This document shows positions 36,064-46,381 of a DNA stretch of 64,000 nt, piece by piece. Numbering within the stretch: the stretch's first letter is position 1; each line of letters starts with the position of its first letter. The stretch spans positions 8,430-72,429 of the forward strand of contig JAGWUB010000002.1 in assembly GCA_028868715.1 (NCBI GenBank), written 5' to 3'. The notes under the pieces were generated by a model. It saw only the letters and a list, made by a program, of their open reading frames with translations, did no database searches and had not been told where the DNA came from. Both the position numbers and the translations under genes were made by a program. Source of the DNA: Patescibacteria group bacterium (GTDB lineage: Bacteria; Patescibacteriota; Minisyncoccia; Phycocordibacterales; UBA9973).

Positions 36064-37248
36064 CTAAGGCATTAGTTGTTTTACGCTTGACTTTACTATG
36101 CTTTTTAGGTTTTGGAAAAGACCCGAAAATGAGTTTTCAGAATATCTATCACCACCCTTAGTCGAGGCCAAAAGGCCAATAGCCACAAACCAAGCTGGAT
36201 CACGAAGCTTGGTTTTTGCATTGCCAAAAAGTTCAGTCGTTCCAACAGTCGAAGGAAGTTTCAATATAGACTTTGATAATTCTTCTAGTTTAGAAATATT
36301 TGCACCACCACCGACAAATACCATACCGGCTGGTAAAAGTTCAGACCTCTTAATTTTTTTCAAATTATTTTCTATCGATTCAAAAATATCACACAGCCTT
36401 GCCTCGATAATTTCATCAAGTTTCTTTTTTGAAAATTCTTCTTTGGTGCCTACCTGCAGGGAAGAGTAAGTTCCAAGCTTCAAGCTCTCGGCTTTTTCAA
36501 GTGGAATCTTGAACCCTAGCGCAATATCGTTTGTAATATCACAAGAGCCAATCTGGAAAGTATGGATTGAGATTAATGACCCATTTTCAAAGACTGACAA
36601 TGAAGTCGTCTCTGCACCTATATCTACCAAGGCCACTCCGACGATCTTTTGTTTTTCAGATAAAACAATATTGGACAGAGCTACTGGTGTGGCTATTATG
36701 TTTATGGTTTCTACACCGGCTCTAGCTACAACTTCAAGCAGATCTTCCAAATGTTGCACGGAGTAGGTGACAAAAAGAGCCTTAGCTTCAAGCTTAGTTC
36801 CACGCATTCCCTCCAAGCGACCCAACACTTCCTTTCCATCGAGTCGGAAAGATAGGGGATACATTTGGATGACTTTTTTATTGTTTAAATTTAAATTGTC
36901 TTCGCAGTCTTGCAAAGCTCTGTTTATATCTAGATTTGTTACTTCACCGTTAGCTTTGGAAATGATAGCTTCACCTCCGCTTGTTTCACTTTTTAAACTA
37001 ATACCGCTGACAGATACAAAAGCTCGTTTTATTTTTATTCCCGAAGATTTTTCTGCTTGATTAAGCGCATTTTTTAGAGAGGTTATGGCAGAGTTTGTGT
37101 CTACAATGTAGCCGTGTCTTACTCCGAGGCTTGGAGCTTCGCCCGCGCCAATAATTTTAGGATTTTTTTCTCCCGAAATAAATTCTCCCACTACGACTCT
37201 TGTCATTTGGGATCCTATGTCTATCCCCACCGAAATATTTTTTATCAT
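36064..37248 (-). CDS. ftsA: cell division protein FtsA
   Basis: GIDIGS, VDIGAETT, ITNDIA, AESLK, VGGGA; start MIKNISVG. Confidence 0.95.
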   Translation of the reverse strand: MIKNISVGIDIGSQMTRVVVGEFISGEKNPKIIGAGEAPSLGVRHGYIVDTNSAITSLKNALNQAEKSSGIKIKRAFVSVSGISLKSETSGGEAIISKANGEVTNLDINRALQDCEDNLNLNNKKVIQMYPLSFRLDGKEVLGRLEGMRGTKLEAKALFVTYSVQHLEDLLEVVARAGVETINIIATPVALSNIVLSEKQKIVGVALVDIGAETTSLSVFENGSLISIHTFQIGSCDITNDIALGFKIPLEKAESLKLGTYSSLQVGTKEEFSKKKLDEIIEARLCDIFESIENNLKKIKRSELLPAGMVFVGGGANISKLEELSKSILKLPSTVGTTELFGNAKTKLRDPAWFVAIGLLASTKGGDRYSENSFSGLFQNLKSIVKSSVKQLMP

Positions 37249-37609
37249 ATGCTTGTTCTGCTTTCTCCATTCTAGCACTATGTTTCATTCCTTTCAAATG
37301 AAGCATTCCGTGTATAACTAAAAAACCCAAGAATTGGCTAAAAGTTTTCTCAAAACTTTTAGCTTCACGCCTTATGACAGCATTACACAACACGAGCTCG
37401 CCCTCATTTTTATGTAAAGGAAAAGATAATATATTTGTAGGTTTATTTTTATTCCGGTAAGTGGTATTTATTTTTTTTGATGTTTTTTCATCTACAAAGG
37501 CCACCGACAGGGAATAGTCCTTGCCCAAGATATCGTCCTTAATTTTCACAAAAGGCAAGCTTGGTAGCTTGCCTTTTGTTTGATTTATCATAGAAAAATT
37601 ATTTTGCAT
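37157..37609 (-). CDS. ybeY: rRNA maturation endoribonuclease YbeY
   Basis: YRNKNKPTNILSF, HGMLHLKGMKH zinc motif. Confidence 0.92.
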   Translation of the reverse strand: MQNNFSMINQTKGKLPSLPFVKIKDDILGKDYSLSVAFVDEKTSKKINTTYRNKNKPTNILSFPLHKNEGELVLCNAVIRREAKSFEKTFSQFLGFLVIHGMLHLKGMKHSARMEKAEQAYDKKYFGGDRHRIPNDKSRSGRIYFGRKKS

Positions 37610-37611
37610 GA

Positions 37612-37839
37612 TTACTTCATTTTGCCCATCTTCTTGAGCTTCTCAATTTCCTGCCTTCTGCCCATTCTCTTTAAAGCACTTCTTTTTGTTTTAAGCTTGG
37701 ATTCTTTTCTCAAGTTATAGCGAGACTTCTTCACATGACGCACTATGCCCGATTCTTGCATTTTACGTGTAAAGCGACGCAAAATACTAGAGTTATTTTC
37801 GTTTGGATTTTTCTTCACTTCTATTACTACTTTTGCCAT
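37612..37839 (-). CDS. rpsU: 30S ribosomal protein S21-like
   Basis: IEVKKNPNE...LRRFTRKMQESG; basic, 75 aa. Confidence 0.75.
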   Translation of the reverse strand: MAKVVIEVKKNPNENNSSILRRFTRKMQESGIVRHVKKSRYNLRKESKLKTKRSALKRMGRRQEIEKLKKMGKMK

Positions 37840-37928
37840 ATAGCCATAAGGTTAACATAAAAAAGATTTTTAGCAAGTTCTTATAAGGTATTATTGACTT
37901 TTTCACAAAAAAAGCTAATATACTATAT

Positions 37929-38402
37929 ATGAATCAGACAACCGACTATATCACGGAAGAAAAACGAAAATCACTTGAACTAGAGCTTGCTGACCTGAAG
38001 GGACCTAAAAGAAAGAAAATTTTAGAAAACTTAGAGTACGCTAAGTCTTTGGGAGATTTATCAGAAAACGCAGAATATCATCAAACCCGCGAAGACCAAG
38101 GTAAGCTCGAAGAACGAATTGCTAAAATAGAAAAGATCCTTCAATCTTCAGAGGTAGTATCGGGAAAGGGCTCTGGTGGAGACACGGTTGGAATCGGCTC
38201 TACGGTAGTCGTCCAAAGAGAAAATAGTAAAGAATCTAAGACTTACATCATCGTGGGCTCCGAAGAAGTAAATATGGCCGAAGGCAGAATATCCAACAGA
38301 TCACCCTTTGGCGAGGCACTTTTTGGCAAAAAGAAAGGCGAAAAGGTATCCTTTAGTACTCCAGGTGGAGCGGTAAGCTATAAAATAGTAAATGTTTCCT
38401 AA
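37929..38402 (+). CDS. greA: transcription elongation factor GreA
   Basis: GDLSENAEY, IVGSEE, ISNRSPFG. Confidence 0.96.
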   Translation: MNQTTDYITEEKRKSLELELADLKGPKRKKILENLEYAKSLGDLSENAEYHQTREDQGKLEERIAKIEKILQSSEVVSGKGSGGDTVGIGSTVVVQRENSKESKTYIIVGSEEVNMAEGRISNRSPFGEALFGKKKGEKVSFSTPGGAVSYKIVNVS

Positions 38403-38424
38403 AAATATTTCAGTAAATTAAAAT

Positions 38425-39888
38425 ATGTCTTCAATTGACGAAATTAGAGAGGCTAGAATAAAAAAACTTAACCTTTTAAAAGATAAAGGTGTAAATCCTT
38501 ATCCAGCGGAATCAAAAAGGGAAATCCCACTCAAAGAAGCAGTTGATAATTTTGATACTCTAGAAAAAAATAAAGATACAAAATGGATTGCCGGAAGAAT
38601 TATGTCTATCCGTGGTCAGGGAGCTATTGTTTTTATAACTTTAAATGACGGCACGGGAACTTTTCAAGGTTTACTTAAAAAAGATATTCTTGGCGCTGAC
38701 AAACTGGATTTTTTTAGCGAAGTTGTTGATATCGGAGACTTTGTGGAGATACAAGGAACCTTTTTCAATACCAATAGGGGAGAAAAAACGCTGGAGACCA
38801 AAGACTGGAGGATGCTTAGTAAGAGTTTGAGACCATTGCCAGAAAAGTGGCATGGATTAGTGGACATAGAAGAGAGATTCCGCAAACGCTATTTGGATAT
38901 TTTAATGAATCCAGAGATAAAAGAACTTTTTGAAAAGAAATCAAAGTTTTGGGATGCGACTCGTAATTTTTTGAAAAAGGAAAATTTTCTAGAAGTTGAA
39001 ACTCCGACGATTGAAGTGACCACTGGTGGCGCAGAAGCGCGACCTTTTAAAACTTATCACAACGATTTTGATATAGATGTTTTTATGAGAATTTCAGTCG
39101 GTGAACTTTGGCAGAAGAGATTGCTTGCAGCTGGTTTACCAAGAGTTTTTGAAATTGGCCGAGTGTATAGAAACGAAGGCTCAAGTCCGGAGCACACCCA
39201 AGAATTTACCGGTATGGAATTTTACGCTGGGTACATGGACTATAAAGAGGGAACAGAGTTCACTGAAAAAATGATTAAAGAAGTAGTGATGGAAACATTT
39301 GGCACTCTGCAATTTGAAACTCATGGACACAAGGTTGACTTGTCTCTAAAGTGGGAACGCATTCCTTACGTAGATACAATCAAGAAACTGATAAATATTG
39401 ATGTACTTTCTGCCACCGAGAAAGAAATGATAAAAAAACTGGAGGAGCTAGGAGTAAAATATGAAGGTACCAATAAAGAACGCTTGACTGATTCACTTTG
39501 GAAATATTGCCGAAAACAAATTGTGGGGCCAGCTTGGCTGGTTGATGTTCCAAAACTCGTTTCGCCACTTTCAAAAGCAAAACCAGAAAACCCATTATTG
39601 ACCGAGCGGGTGCAACTCATTTTAGCTGGGGCTGAAATGACAAATGGATTTTCGGAATTAAATGATCCGATAGATCAAAATGAAAGATTTGAAATTCAAA
39701 GAAAACTGATTGAGGGAGGGGACGAAGAGGCAATGATGCCGGATGATGAATTTGTGGAAATGCTCGAGCACGGTATGCCTCCAGCTTTTGGCTTTGCCTA
39801 TGGGGAAAGATTGTTTGCTTTCTTGGTAGATAAACCTCTCCGCGAAATACAGATGTTTCCTCTAATGAGACCTAAAAATAAAGAATAG
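38425..39888 (+). CDS. lysS: lysine--tRNA ligase (class II)
   Basis: GGAEARPF, YRNEG, NGFSELND, GMPP. Confidence 0.96.
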   Translation: MSSIDEIREARIKKLNLLKDKGVNPYPAESKREIPLKEAVDNFDTLEKNKDTKWIAGRIMSIRGQGAIVFITLNDGTGTFQGLLKKDILGADKLDFFSEVVDIGDFVEIQGTFFNTNRGEKTLETKDWRMLSKSLRPLPEKWHGLVDIEERFRKRYLDILMNPEIKELFEKKSKFWDATRNFLKKENFLEVETPTIEVTTGGAEARPFKTYHNDFDIDVFMRISVGELWQKRLLAAGLPRVFEIGRVYRNEGSSPEHTQEFTGMEFYAGYMDYKEGTEFTEKMIKEVVMETFGTLQFETHGHKVDLSLKWERIPYVDTIKKLINIDVLSATEKEMIKKLEELGVKYEGTNKERLTDSLWKYCRKQIVGPAWLVDVPKLVSPLSKAKPENPLLTERVQLILAGAEMTNGFSELNDPIDQNERFEIQRKLIEGGDEEAMMPDDEFVEMLEHGMPPAFGFAYGERLFAFLVDKPLREIQMFPLMRPKNKE

Positions 39889-39911
39889 AAGCCGTTAATA
39901 TTAAAAAAGAA

Positions 39912-40140
39912 AAAAGCCTCACTTTGGCGCGGAACCAAAGCGAGGCTTTTCGGTATCCCGGTTGCGGATAGGATACCTTAAGATAGATAAGATTATATAA
40001 AGAACTAATTTTTTCACCTAGTGGTGAAAAAGTGGGGCTCTACTCGGCGAAGATGCAAGAGCCCCCAAGGAGGGGTGTGTATGACGCTATCAGTCATGCA
40101 ACACCTACTTTAGATATTACAGCTTTTTAAGAGTAAAAGC
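39912..40140. ncRNA. candidate structured RNA(s) in lysS-mraZ intergenic region
   Basis: Six consecutive hairpins, no credible ORF; family not recognised. Confidence 0.35.
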
Positions 40141-40148
40141 ATGCCAAG

Positions 40149-40157
40149 TTATCCACA
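40149..40157 (+). promoter_or_regulatory. DnaA box
   Basis: Exact TTATCCACA upstream of the mraZ promoter (TATAAT at 40190). Confidence 0.6.
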
Positions 40158-40204
40158 GGAGGGGCTTGGCGTTATTTTCCTATGTGGAATATAATATATA
40201 ACAA

Positions 40205-40219
40205 GTGGGAAAAAGTGGG
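40205..40219 (+). promoter_or_regulatory. MraZ-binding direct repeats
   Basis: GTGGG-N5-GTGGG at 10-bp period upstream of mraZ. Confidence 0.75.
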
Positions 40220-40260
40220 AAAAATACCAGTAATGTTTTTTAGTGGAAAATAAGAAATTT

Positions 40261-40707
40261 ATGCTCATCGGCGAATACATACATACAATAGATGCAAAAA
40301 ATAGAATGTCTTTGCCAGCAAAATTTCGCAAGGAGCTCGGAAAGAAAGTAATTATTACCCCCGGGCTAGATCAATGTTTGTTCATTTTTACAAGTAAAGA
40401 ATGGGTGAAGGTAAGTAAAAAACTTTCTGACTCAAATTCAGATTTATCTTTTCTTAAAGCCGACCAGAGAAGTTTTAATAGATATATGTTTGGCCGAGCC
40501 GCAGAAGCAGAAGTGGATTCAATTGGCAGAATACTGATACCAGAATTTTTAAAAGAAAAAATAGGATTGAAAAATACGGCAGCAATCGTGGGAGTAGAGG
40601 ATAGGGTTGAAGTTTGGAGTGAGCAGGCTTGGTCAGCGCAAAAGGAAGTAGTAGAAAAACAAGCCGAGCAATTAGCAGAGAAGTTGGGAGGTGGGGGAGC
40701 AATGTAG
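40261..40707 (+). CDS. mraZ: division/cell wall cluster regulator MraZ
   Basis: GEYIHTIDAKNR.SLPAKFR, DSIGRILIP, RVEVW. Confidence 0.95.
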   Translation: MLIGEYIHTIDAKNRMSLPAKFRKELGKKVIITPGLDQCLFIFTSKEWVKVSKKLSDSNSDLSFLKADQRSFNRYMFGRAAEAEVDSIGRILIPEFLKEKIGLKNTAAIVGVEDRVEVWSEQAWSAQKEVVEKQAEQLAEKLGGGGAM

Positions 40708-40711
40708 CTTT

Positions 40712-41620
40712 ATGCAAAGCATACACAAGACAGTTCTTTTAAATGAAACAATAGAAGGTTTGGATTTAAATAATAAATCAATCGTGTTAGATGCGACTTT
40801 TGGTGGGGGAGGGCACAGCTTGGAGATTTGCAATAGATATCCTGGCATAAAAATAATCGCCCTAGACCAAGACGCTTCGGCTTTCACTAAAGCTAAAAAA
40901 AAGTTTAAGAATGTAAAATGTGAAATTAGTTTTGCAAACGATAACTTTAGAAATTTAGATAAAGTTTTAGGAGAGAAAAAAGTAGACGGCATTATTTTTG
41001 ATTTAGGCTTAAGTTCTGACCAGCTAGAGAATTCTGGACGAGGATTTTCTTTTACCAAGAATGAACCACTCTCGATGCAAATGCAAATGCAAAGCAAAGA
41101 GAATAAAAATTCTAAAGGAGAAGAACTTACGGCAGAAGAAATAGTAAATACTTGGGAAGAGAAGAACTTGGCTGACATTATCTATGGTTATGGTGAAGAA
41201 AAATTTGCCAGAAGAATAGCCAAAGGAATAGTCGAAGCTAGAGCAAAGAAAAAGATTGAAACCACCTTTGACTTAGTGAAAATTATTGAGGATTCGGTTC
41301 CAGCATTTTACAAAAGAGGGAGGTTGCACTTTGCCACCAGAACCTTTCAAGCCCTACGCATAGCAGTCAACGATGAACTTGGTGCCCTAGAAGAAGGGCT
41401 GGCAAAAGGATTCAGTTCACTTTCGGCAGGTGGCAGAATGTCAGTTATCTCATTTCATAGCCTAGAGGACAGGATTGTGAAGAGATTTTTTAAACAAAAA
41501 GAGCGGGATGGTTTGGCAAAATTAATAAATAAAAAGCCAATCACACCCCAAAAAGAAGAAATTATTAATAACAATAGATCTAGAAGTGCGAAGCTAAGAT
41601 CTTTAGAGAAAATAAAATAA
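40712..41620 (+). CDS. rsmH: 16S rRNA m4C1402 methyltransferase
   Basis: DATFGGGGHS, DLGLSS.QL, RTFQALRIAVNDEL, FHSLED, RSRSAKLR. Confidence 0.96.
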   Translation: MQSIHKTVLLNETIEGLDLNNKSIVLDATFGGGGHSLEICNRYPGIKIIALDQDASAFTKAKKKFKNVKCEISFANDNFRNLDKVLGEKKVDGIIFDLGLSSDQLENSGRGFSFTKNEPLSMQMQMQSKENKNSKGEELTAEEIVNTWEEKNLADIIYGYGEEKFARRIAKGIVEARAKKKIETTFDLVKIIEDSVPAFYKRGRLHFATRTFQALRIAVNDELGALEEGLAKGFSSLSAGGRMSVISFHSLEDRIVKRFFKQKERDGLAKLINKKPITPQKEEIINNNRSRSAKLRSLEKIK

Positions 41621-41621
41621 C

Positions 41622-41978
41622 ATGAAAACAATAGGCATAAAAGTAAGAAATTATACAAATGAAGTAAATATCATAAACAACAATGATATTGAAAGACGTG
41701 TACTTAAGATTATGCTTTTAGCCTTTGGAATTCTCTCTATTTTATATGTTGTCTTTTTGGGTAATATGATTTTTAATATTGTAGAACGTCGCAACCTAGA
41801 AGCCGACGCACGGACACTTTCTAATCAAGTAGGGGATCTGGAAGCTAATTATCTATATATGTCAGACAAGGTTGATCTCCCATTTTCATATTCACTAGGG
41901 TTTAAAGAAATAACACCAAGCTTTGCTACTCGCACTTCGCTCGGTCTTGTACCTAAGAGTAACAGTAATGAAATCTAG
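41622..41978 (+). CDS. FtsL-like bitopic protein
   Basis: TM plus coiled coil; position between rsmH and ftsI. Confidence 0.65.
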   Translation: MKTIGIKVRNYTNEVNIINNNDIERRVLKIMLLAFGILSILYVVFLGNMIFNIVERRNLEADARTLSNQVGDLEANYLYMSDKVDLPFSYSLGFKEITPSFATRTSLGLVPKSNSNEI

Positions 41979-43686
41979 TTTTATATTTAGATCTAGAATT
42001 ATTCTCGTCTGTATTATTATCTTTAGTTTAGTGCTTATAACTAAACTTTTTTTAGTGCAAATTGTACACCGGAGCGCTTATGAAGAAGTAGCATTGCGTC
42101 AGTACGCTACTCCGTCGTCTGATATTTTTGAACGCGGTACTATTTATTTTGAACGTAAAGATGGACAGCTCATTTCTGCGGCTACGCAGACACTTGGTTA
42201 CAAACTAGCAATCTATCCTGCCAAGGTTGCTAACGCCGAAGATACTTACCAAAAATTATCCAAAATAATACCAAATACTGATTACACTGCATTTATTGCC
42301 AAAGCCGCAAAGAAGGACGACCCCTATGAAGATATTGTAGGTCATCTTTCCAAAGAACAGGCCGACAACGTATCGCTTCTAAAACTTCCAGGAGTTAATA
42401 TTTTTAAAGAAAAGTGGCGCTTCTATCCCGGTGACCAACTTGCTTCTCATACCTTAGGAATTGTGGCCTACAAGGGGAATGATTTGAGTGGACGCTACGG
42501 TCTCGAACGACAATACGATCCTATTCTCACGAGAGACGCAAACAATCCATATGTGAATTTTTTCGCGGAAGTATTTTCAAATATCAATGATACTTTTTTC
42601 AAAAATAAAACACGAGAAGGGGATGTCGTCAGTACAATAGAACCACTAGTGCAAGAATTTTTAGATAAAAAATTAACTGAGGTAAAAGAAAAATATAACG
42701 TTGATTCTATTGGTGGAATAATCATGAATCCTACTGACGGCTCTATTTATGCCATGGGTGTGAAGCCAGATTTTAACCCAAATGACTTTTCACAAGTTAA
42801 AGATGTTTCTGTTTTTGGCAACCCCTTGATCGAGCATGTTTTAGAATTTGGATCGGTGGTCAAGCCCTTGGTGATGGCTGGAGCCTTGGATGCTGGAGTG
42901 CTTACCGCCAATACAACCTATAACGACAAAGGGGAAGTTACCATTGAAAAACACCAAATATACAATTTCGATAAAAAGGCGCGAGGCCCAGGTACGAGTA
43001 TGCAAGATGTTTTAAATCAATCACTCAATACTGGAATGGTTTTCGTGGAAGAAAAACTAGGTAGAAAAAATCTACGGGATTACTTGCTAGCTTACGGACT
43101 CAAAGACAAGACAGGGATTGATCTGCCGAACGAGACGAGCGGACTAGTTTCCGGCATCTTAAATAGTCCACGTGAAATTGAATATGCCAATGCCGCCTTT
43201 GGTCAGGGAATAGCTTTTACACCGATGGAGCTAATTCGAGCTTTAGCCTCATTATCAAATGGTGGAAATTTAGTAGTGCCACATGTTGTCAAAGAAATAA
43301 GATATGATGATGGAACTACTAAAGAAATGACCTATCCCACTACGCCTACAAAAATTTCTAAAGCAACCTCACAAGAAATTACTCGCATGTTGGTGACCGT
43401 AATGGATAAATCATTAAAAGGGGGTCTGGCAAAAATGGATCATTATAGTGTGGCCGTAAAAACTGGTACGGCGCAAGTTGCAGATAATACCACCGGAGGA
43501 TATTATAAAGACAGGAATAACCATTCTTTCTTTGGATATTTTCCAGCCTATGATCCGAAGTTTATAGTATTTCTCTATGCCATCAATCCCAAAGGCGTTC
43601 CGTATGCGTCACAAACGTGGGCTGATCCATTTTTAGATATCACAAAGTTTTTATTAAATTATTATGAAGTACCACCAGACAGGTAA
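41968..43686 (+). CDS. ftsI: class B penicillin-binding protein (FtsI-like)
   Basis: RGTIY, GLERQY, GSVVK (SxxK), SLN, KTGTAQ. Confidence 0.9.
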   Translation: MKSSFIFRSRIILVCIIIFSLVLITKLFLVQIVHRSAYEEVALRQYATPSSDIFERGTIYFERKDGQLISAATQTLGYKLAIYPAKVANAEDTYQKLSKIIPNTDYTAFIAKAAKKDDPYEDIVGHLSKEQADNVSLLKLPGVNIFKEKWRFYPGDQLASHTLGIVAYKGNDLSGRYGLERQYDPILTRDANNPYVNFFAEVFSNINDTFFKNKTREGDVVSTIEPLVQEFLDKKLTEVKEKYNVDSIGGIIMNPTDGSIYAMGVKPDFNPNDFSQVKDVSVFGNPLIEHVLEFGSVVKPLVMAGALDAGVLTANTTYNDKGEVTIEKHQIYNFDKKARGPGTSMQDVLNQSLNTGMVFVEEKLGRKNLRDYLLAYGLKDKTGIDLPNETSGLVSGILNSPREIEYANAAFGQGIAFTPMELIRALASLSNGGNLVVPHVVKEIRYDDGTTKEMTYPTTPTKISKATSQEITRMLVTVMDKSLKGGLAKMDHYSVAVKTGTAQVADNTTGGYYKDRNNHSFFGYFPAYDPKFIVFLYAINPKGVPYASQTWADPFLDITKFLLNYYEVPPDR

Positions 43687-44782
43687 AAGAATAGATAAGT
43701 TTTTTTTAGTGGTTTTATTTATACTTATTTCTCTCGGGATGGTGATGTTTGTTTCTGCTTCATTAGGACTTTTAGTTAAAAGTCCTAAAATTTTTTATTC
43801 GGTACTTTTTAATCAAATATTTCTCGGTCTTGGTTTGGGTCTTATCGGGATGTATTTTACTTTTAAGTTAAATTATAAATTTTGGCGACAATATTCTTTG
43901 TATATACTAATCGCCACAGTGTTTTTAACCTTAGCCGTTTTTATACCCCACGTTGGCACCAATCAAGGCACTGGAGCAGTCAGATGGATAAGACTTGGTT
44001 TCTTTTCATTTCAGCCGGTAGAATTTTTGAAATTTGGTTTTATAATTTATTTCGCGGCATGGCTGTCTTGGGCTAAAACCAGAGTTCAAGATTTCAAATT
44101 TAGTATGTTGCCCTTGGTGATATTGCTTGGACTTATTGCAGTAATTTTGTTTAAACAACCAGATACTAAAAGTTTTATTTTAATTTCCATAACCGGACTA
44201 TCAATGTTGTTTATTTCTGGAGTGCCAGTTAAATATATTTTAGGTGTCGGCGCTGGCGCTGTTGTGGTGCTTGCACTTCTGGTATACTCTACGCCTTATC
44301 TCCAAGCGCGAGTAAAAACATTTATTGATCCATCCAATGATCCCCGTGGATCTGCTTTTCAAATACAGCAGTCACTTATTGCCTTAGGCGGTGGAGGAAT
44401 TTTTGGGCGAGGGCTTGGTCAAAGTATCCAAAAGTTTAGCTATTTACCGGAACCGCAAGGGGATTCAATTTTTGCAGTTTTAGGGGAGGAGCTTGGCTTT
44501 GTCGGAGTATTCGCGACAATAACTCTCTATATCCTTTTTGCCTTACGAGGGTTTAGGATTGCCAATCATTCTCCAGATTTATTTAGTAGACTTCTAGTCT
44601 CTGGAATTGTTATACTGATTACAATGCAGTCGTTTATGCATATTGCCTCTGTTACCGGAGTCTTTCCACTAACAGGCGTGCCACTGCCTTTTATGAGCCA
44701 TGGAGGTACCTCACTAATGATATACCTCACAGCCATGGGCGTCGTGCTTCAGATATCAAAGTTGCAGCAACATAATACATAA
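43664..44782 (+). CDS. ftsW: SEDS peptidoglycan polymerase FtsW
   Basis: RWI, FQPVEFLK, YLPEPQGDSIF, EELG, PLTGVPLPFMSHGG. Confidence 0.94.
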   Translation: MKYHQTGKRIDKFFLVVLFILISLGMVMFVSASLGLLVKSPKIFYSVLFNQIFLGLGLGLIGMYFTFKLNYKFWRQYSLYILIATVFLTLAVFIPHVGTNQGTGAVRWIRLGFFSFQPVEFLKFGFIIYFAAWLSWAKTRVQDFKFSMLPLVILLGLIAVILFKQPDTKSFILISITGLSMLFISGVPVKYILGVGAGAVVVLALLVYSTPYLQARVKTFIDPSNDPRGSAFQIQQSLIALGGGGIFGRGLGQSIQKFSYLPEPQGDSIFAVLGEELGFVGVFATITLYILFALRGFRIANHSPDLFSRLLVSGIVILITMQSFMHIASVTGVFPLTGVPLPFMSHGGTSLMIYLTAMGVVLQISKLQQHNT

Positions 44783-44797
44783 CAAAATATTAAATTT

Positions 44798-45931
44798 ATG
44801 AAAATTGTTTTTACTGGTGGGGGAACAGGCGGACACTTTTATCCCATTATTGCTATCGTTCAAAAAGTTAATGAAATAATTGATAAGGAGAAAATAATAG
44901 GGGCAAAACTCTATTATATTTCTGACAGTCCTTACGACAAGGAAGTTCTTTTTGAAAACGGACTTTTATACGAGGAGGTATCTGCTGGTAAAATGCGCAG
45001 ATATTTTTCTTGGAAAAACTTCACTGATATTTTTAAAACAGGCTTTGGTATCATTAATGCAGTTTTTAAACTATTTTCAATTTATCCTGATGTTGTCTTT
45101 GGAAAGGGCGGATATGCATCTTTTCCAGTTATTTTCGCTGCTCGCTTGCTAAATATTCCAGTTATAATTCATGAATCAGACTCTGCTCCAGGGCGGGTAA
45201 ATCTTTGGTCTGGTCGTTTTGCAAAAAAAGTAGCAATTTCTTTCCAAGATGCCGCGAATTATTTTCCAAAAAAGACGACAGCTTGGACTGGGCAACCAAT
45301 CAGAACTGAAATTGAGCACCCTGCTCCACAAAAAGAAGCATTTGAATATTTTAAACTGGAATCACAGTTGCCAGTTATTTTAGTTTTGGGAGGCTCTCAA
45401 GGTGCAGAGCTAATAAATAACACTGTGCTTGATGCTCTGCCACGGCTAGTAAAAAATTATCAGATTATTCATCAAACCGGTGTCAGAAATTTTAAAAATG
45501 TTAGTGAGCGCGCGGCAGTTGTCTTGGATGACAATCCAAATAAACTACGATATATATCCATGTCATTTTTAAATCCACTAGCGATGAAGATGGCAGCCAG
45601 TGTGGCAACTATTGTGATTTCCAGAGCTGGCTCCACAATATTTGAAATTGCCTCTTGGGGAGTGCCATCAATTTTGGTTCCATTTACTTCGTCCAACGCC
45701 GATCATTCCAAGAAGAATGCCTTCAATTATGCTCGCGCAGGTGCTTGCAGTGTTATTGAAGAGGCGAATATGACTGCCAATATTTTGAGTTCAGAAATCG
45801 AAAGAATAACTGGAAATAAATCAGAATTAGAGCGAATGACTCAAAGCGCCAAGGATTTCAATAAACCCGGTGCTGCCGAAAAGATTGCTCACGCCATCAT
45901 AGACTTGGCCTTATCTCACGAATCCCGTTAG
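44798..45931 (+). CDS. murG: MurG glycosyltransferase
   Basis: GGGTGGH, GKGGY, LGGSQGA, SRAG. Confidence 0.95.
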   Translation: MKIVFTGGGTGGHFYPIIAIVQKVNEIIDKEKIIGAKLYYISDSPYDKEVLFENGLLYEEVSAGKMRRYFSWKNFTDIFKTGFGIINAVFKLFSIYPDVVFGKGGYASFPVIFAARLLNIPVIIHESDSAPGRVNLWSGRFAKKVAISFQDAANYFPKKTTAWTGQPIRTEIEHPAPQKEAFEYFKLESQLPVILVLGGSQGAELINNTVLDALPRLVKNYQIIHQTGVRNFKNVSERAAVVLDDNPNKLRYISMSFLNPLAMKMAASVATIVISRAGSTIFEIASWGVPSILVPFTSSNADHSKKNAFNYARAGACSVIEEANMTANILSSEIERITGNKSELERMTQSAKDFNKPGAAEKIAHAIIDLALSHESR

Positions 45932-45951
45932 AAGAACTAAGAAACGAAAAA

Positions 45952-45980
45952 GCCACCGGGAGCATAGCTTCTTCGGTGGC
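45952..45980. terminator. hairpin between convergent genes
   Basis: gccaccggga...ttcggtggc with flanking A run. Confidence 0.65.
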
Positions 45981-45988
45981 GACATTAA

Positions 45989-46273
45989 TCAACATCCATT
46001 TTCATTTTTTTCAATGACATGAGCACAAAACACTCTTGTCTTTGAGCCGTATACCATGTAAAACGGCCCGCCACACTTAGAAGGCCCCGTTATTCCCTCT
46101 AGTAAACTTTTGGGAATTTCTGGAATCCATAGAACAACAGATTTTCCACGATTCAGCTCCCAGTAAAGTCGATCTTTTTCCAAAAGGGAGGAAAAGCATC
46201 TTTTGACTTTACTGAATGGTTTATTTTTTAGATAAACTTCATAAGTTCCTAAAGCTTGAAAACTAGGATGCAT
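45989..46273 (-). CDS. orphan hypothetical protein
   Basis: AAGGAGGT SD; TTGACA-17-TACATT promoter; own terminator. Confidence 0.55.
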   Translation of the reverse strand: MHPSFQALGTYEVYLKNKPFSKVKRCFSSLLEKDRLYWELNRGKSVVLWIPEIPKSLLEGITGPSKCGGPFYMVYGSKTRVFCAHVIEKNENGC

Positions 46274-46381
46274 CTAACTTACCTCCTTTATGAACGTATC
46301 TTATTCCTTTGTGAATGTATATTATTCTCATCACAGTGTCAATTGTTAGAAAAATAATGAAATAAATGCTAAAATAGGTAC

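Noticed and set aside
36443-36476. Weak palindrome in ftsA encoding LGTYSSLQVGTK
   Set aside because: Only 8 of 11 Watson-Crick pairs; it might be a decayed insertion but cannot be supported without an ortholog alignment
41075-41092. (ATGCAA)3 microsatellite giving MQMQMQ in rsmH
   Set aside because: In-frame and only three copies; no phase-variation consequence
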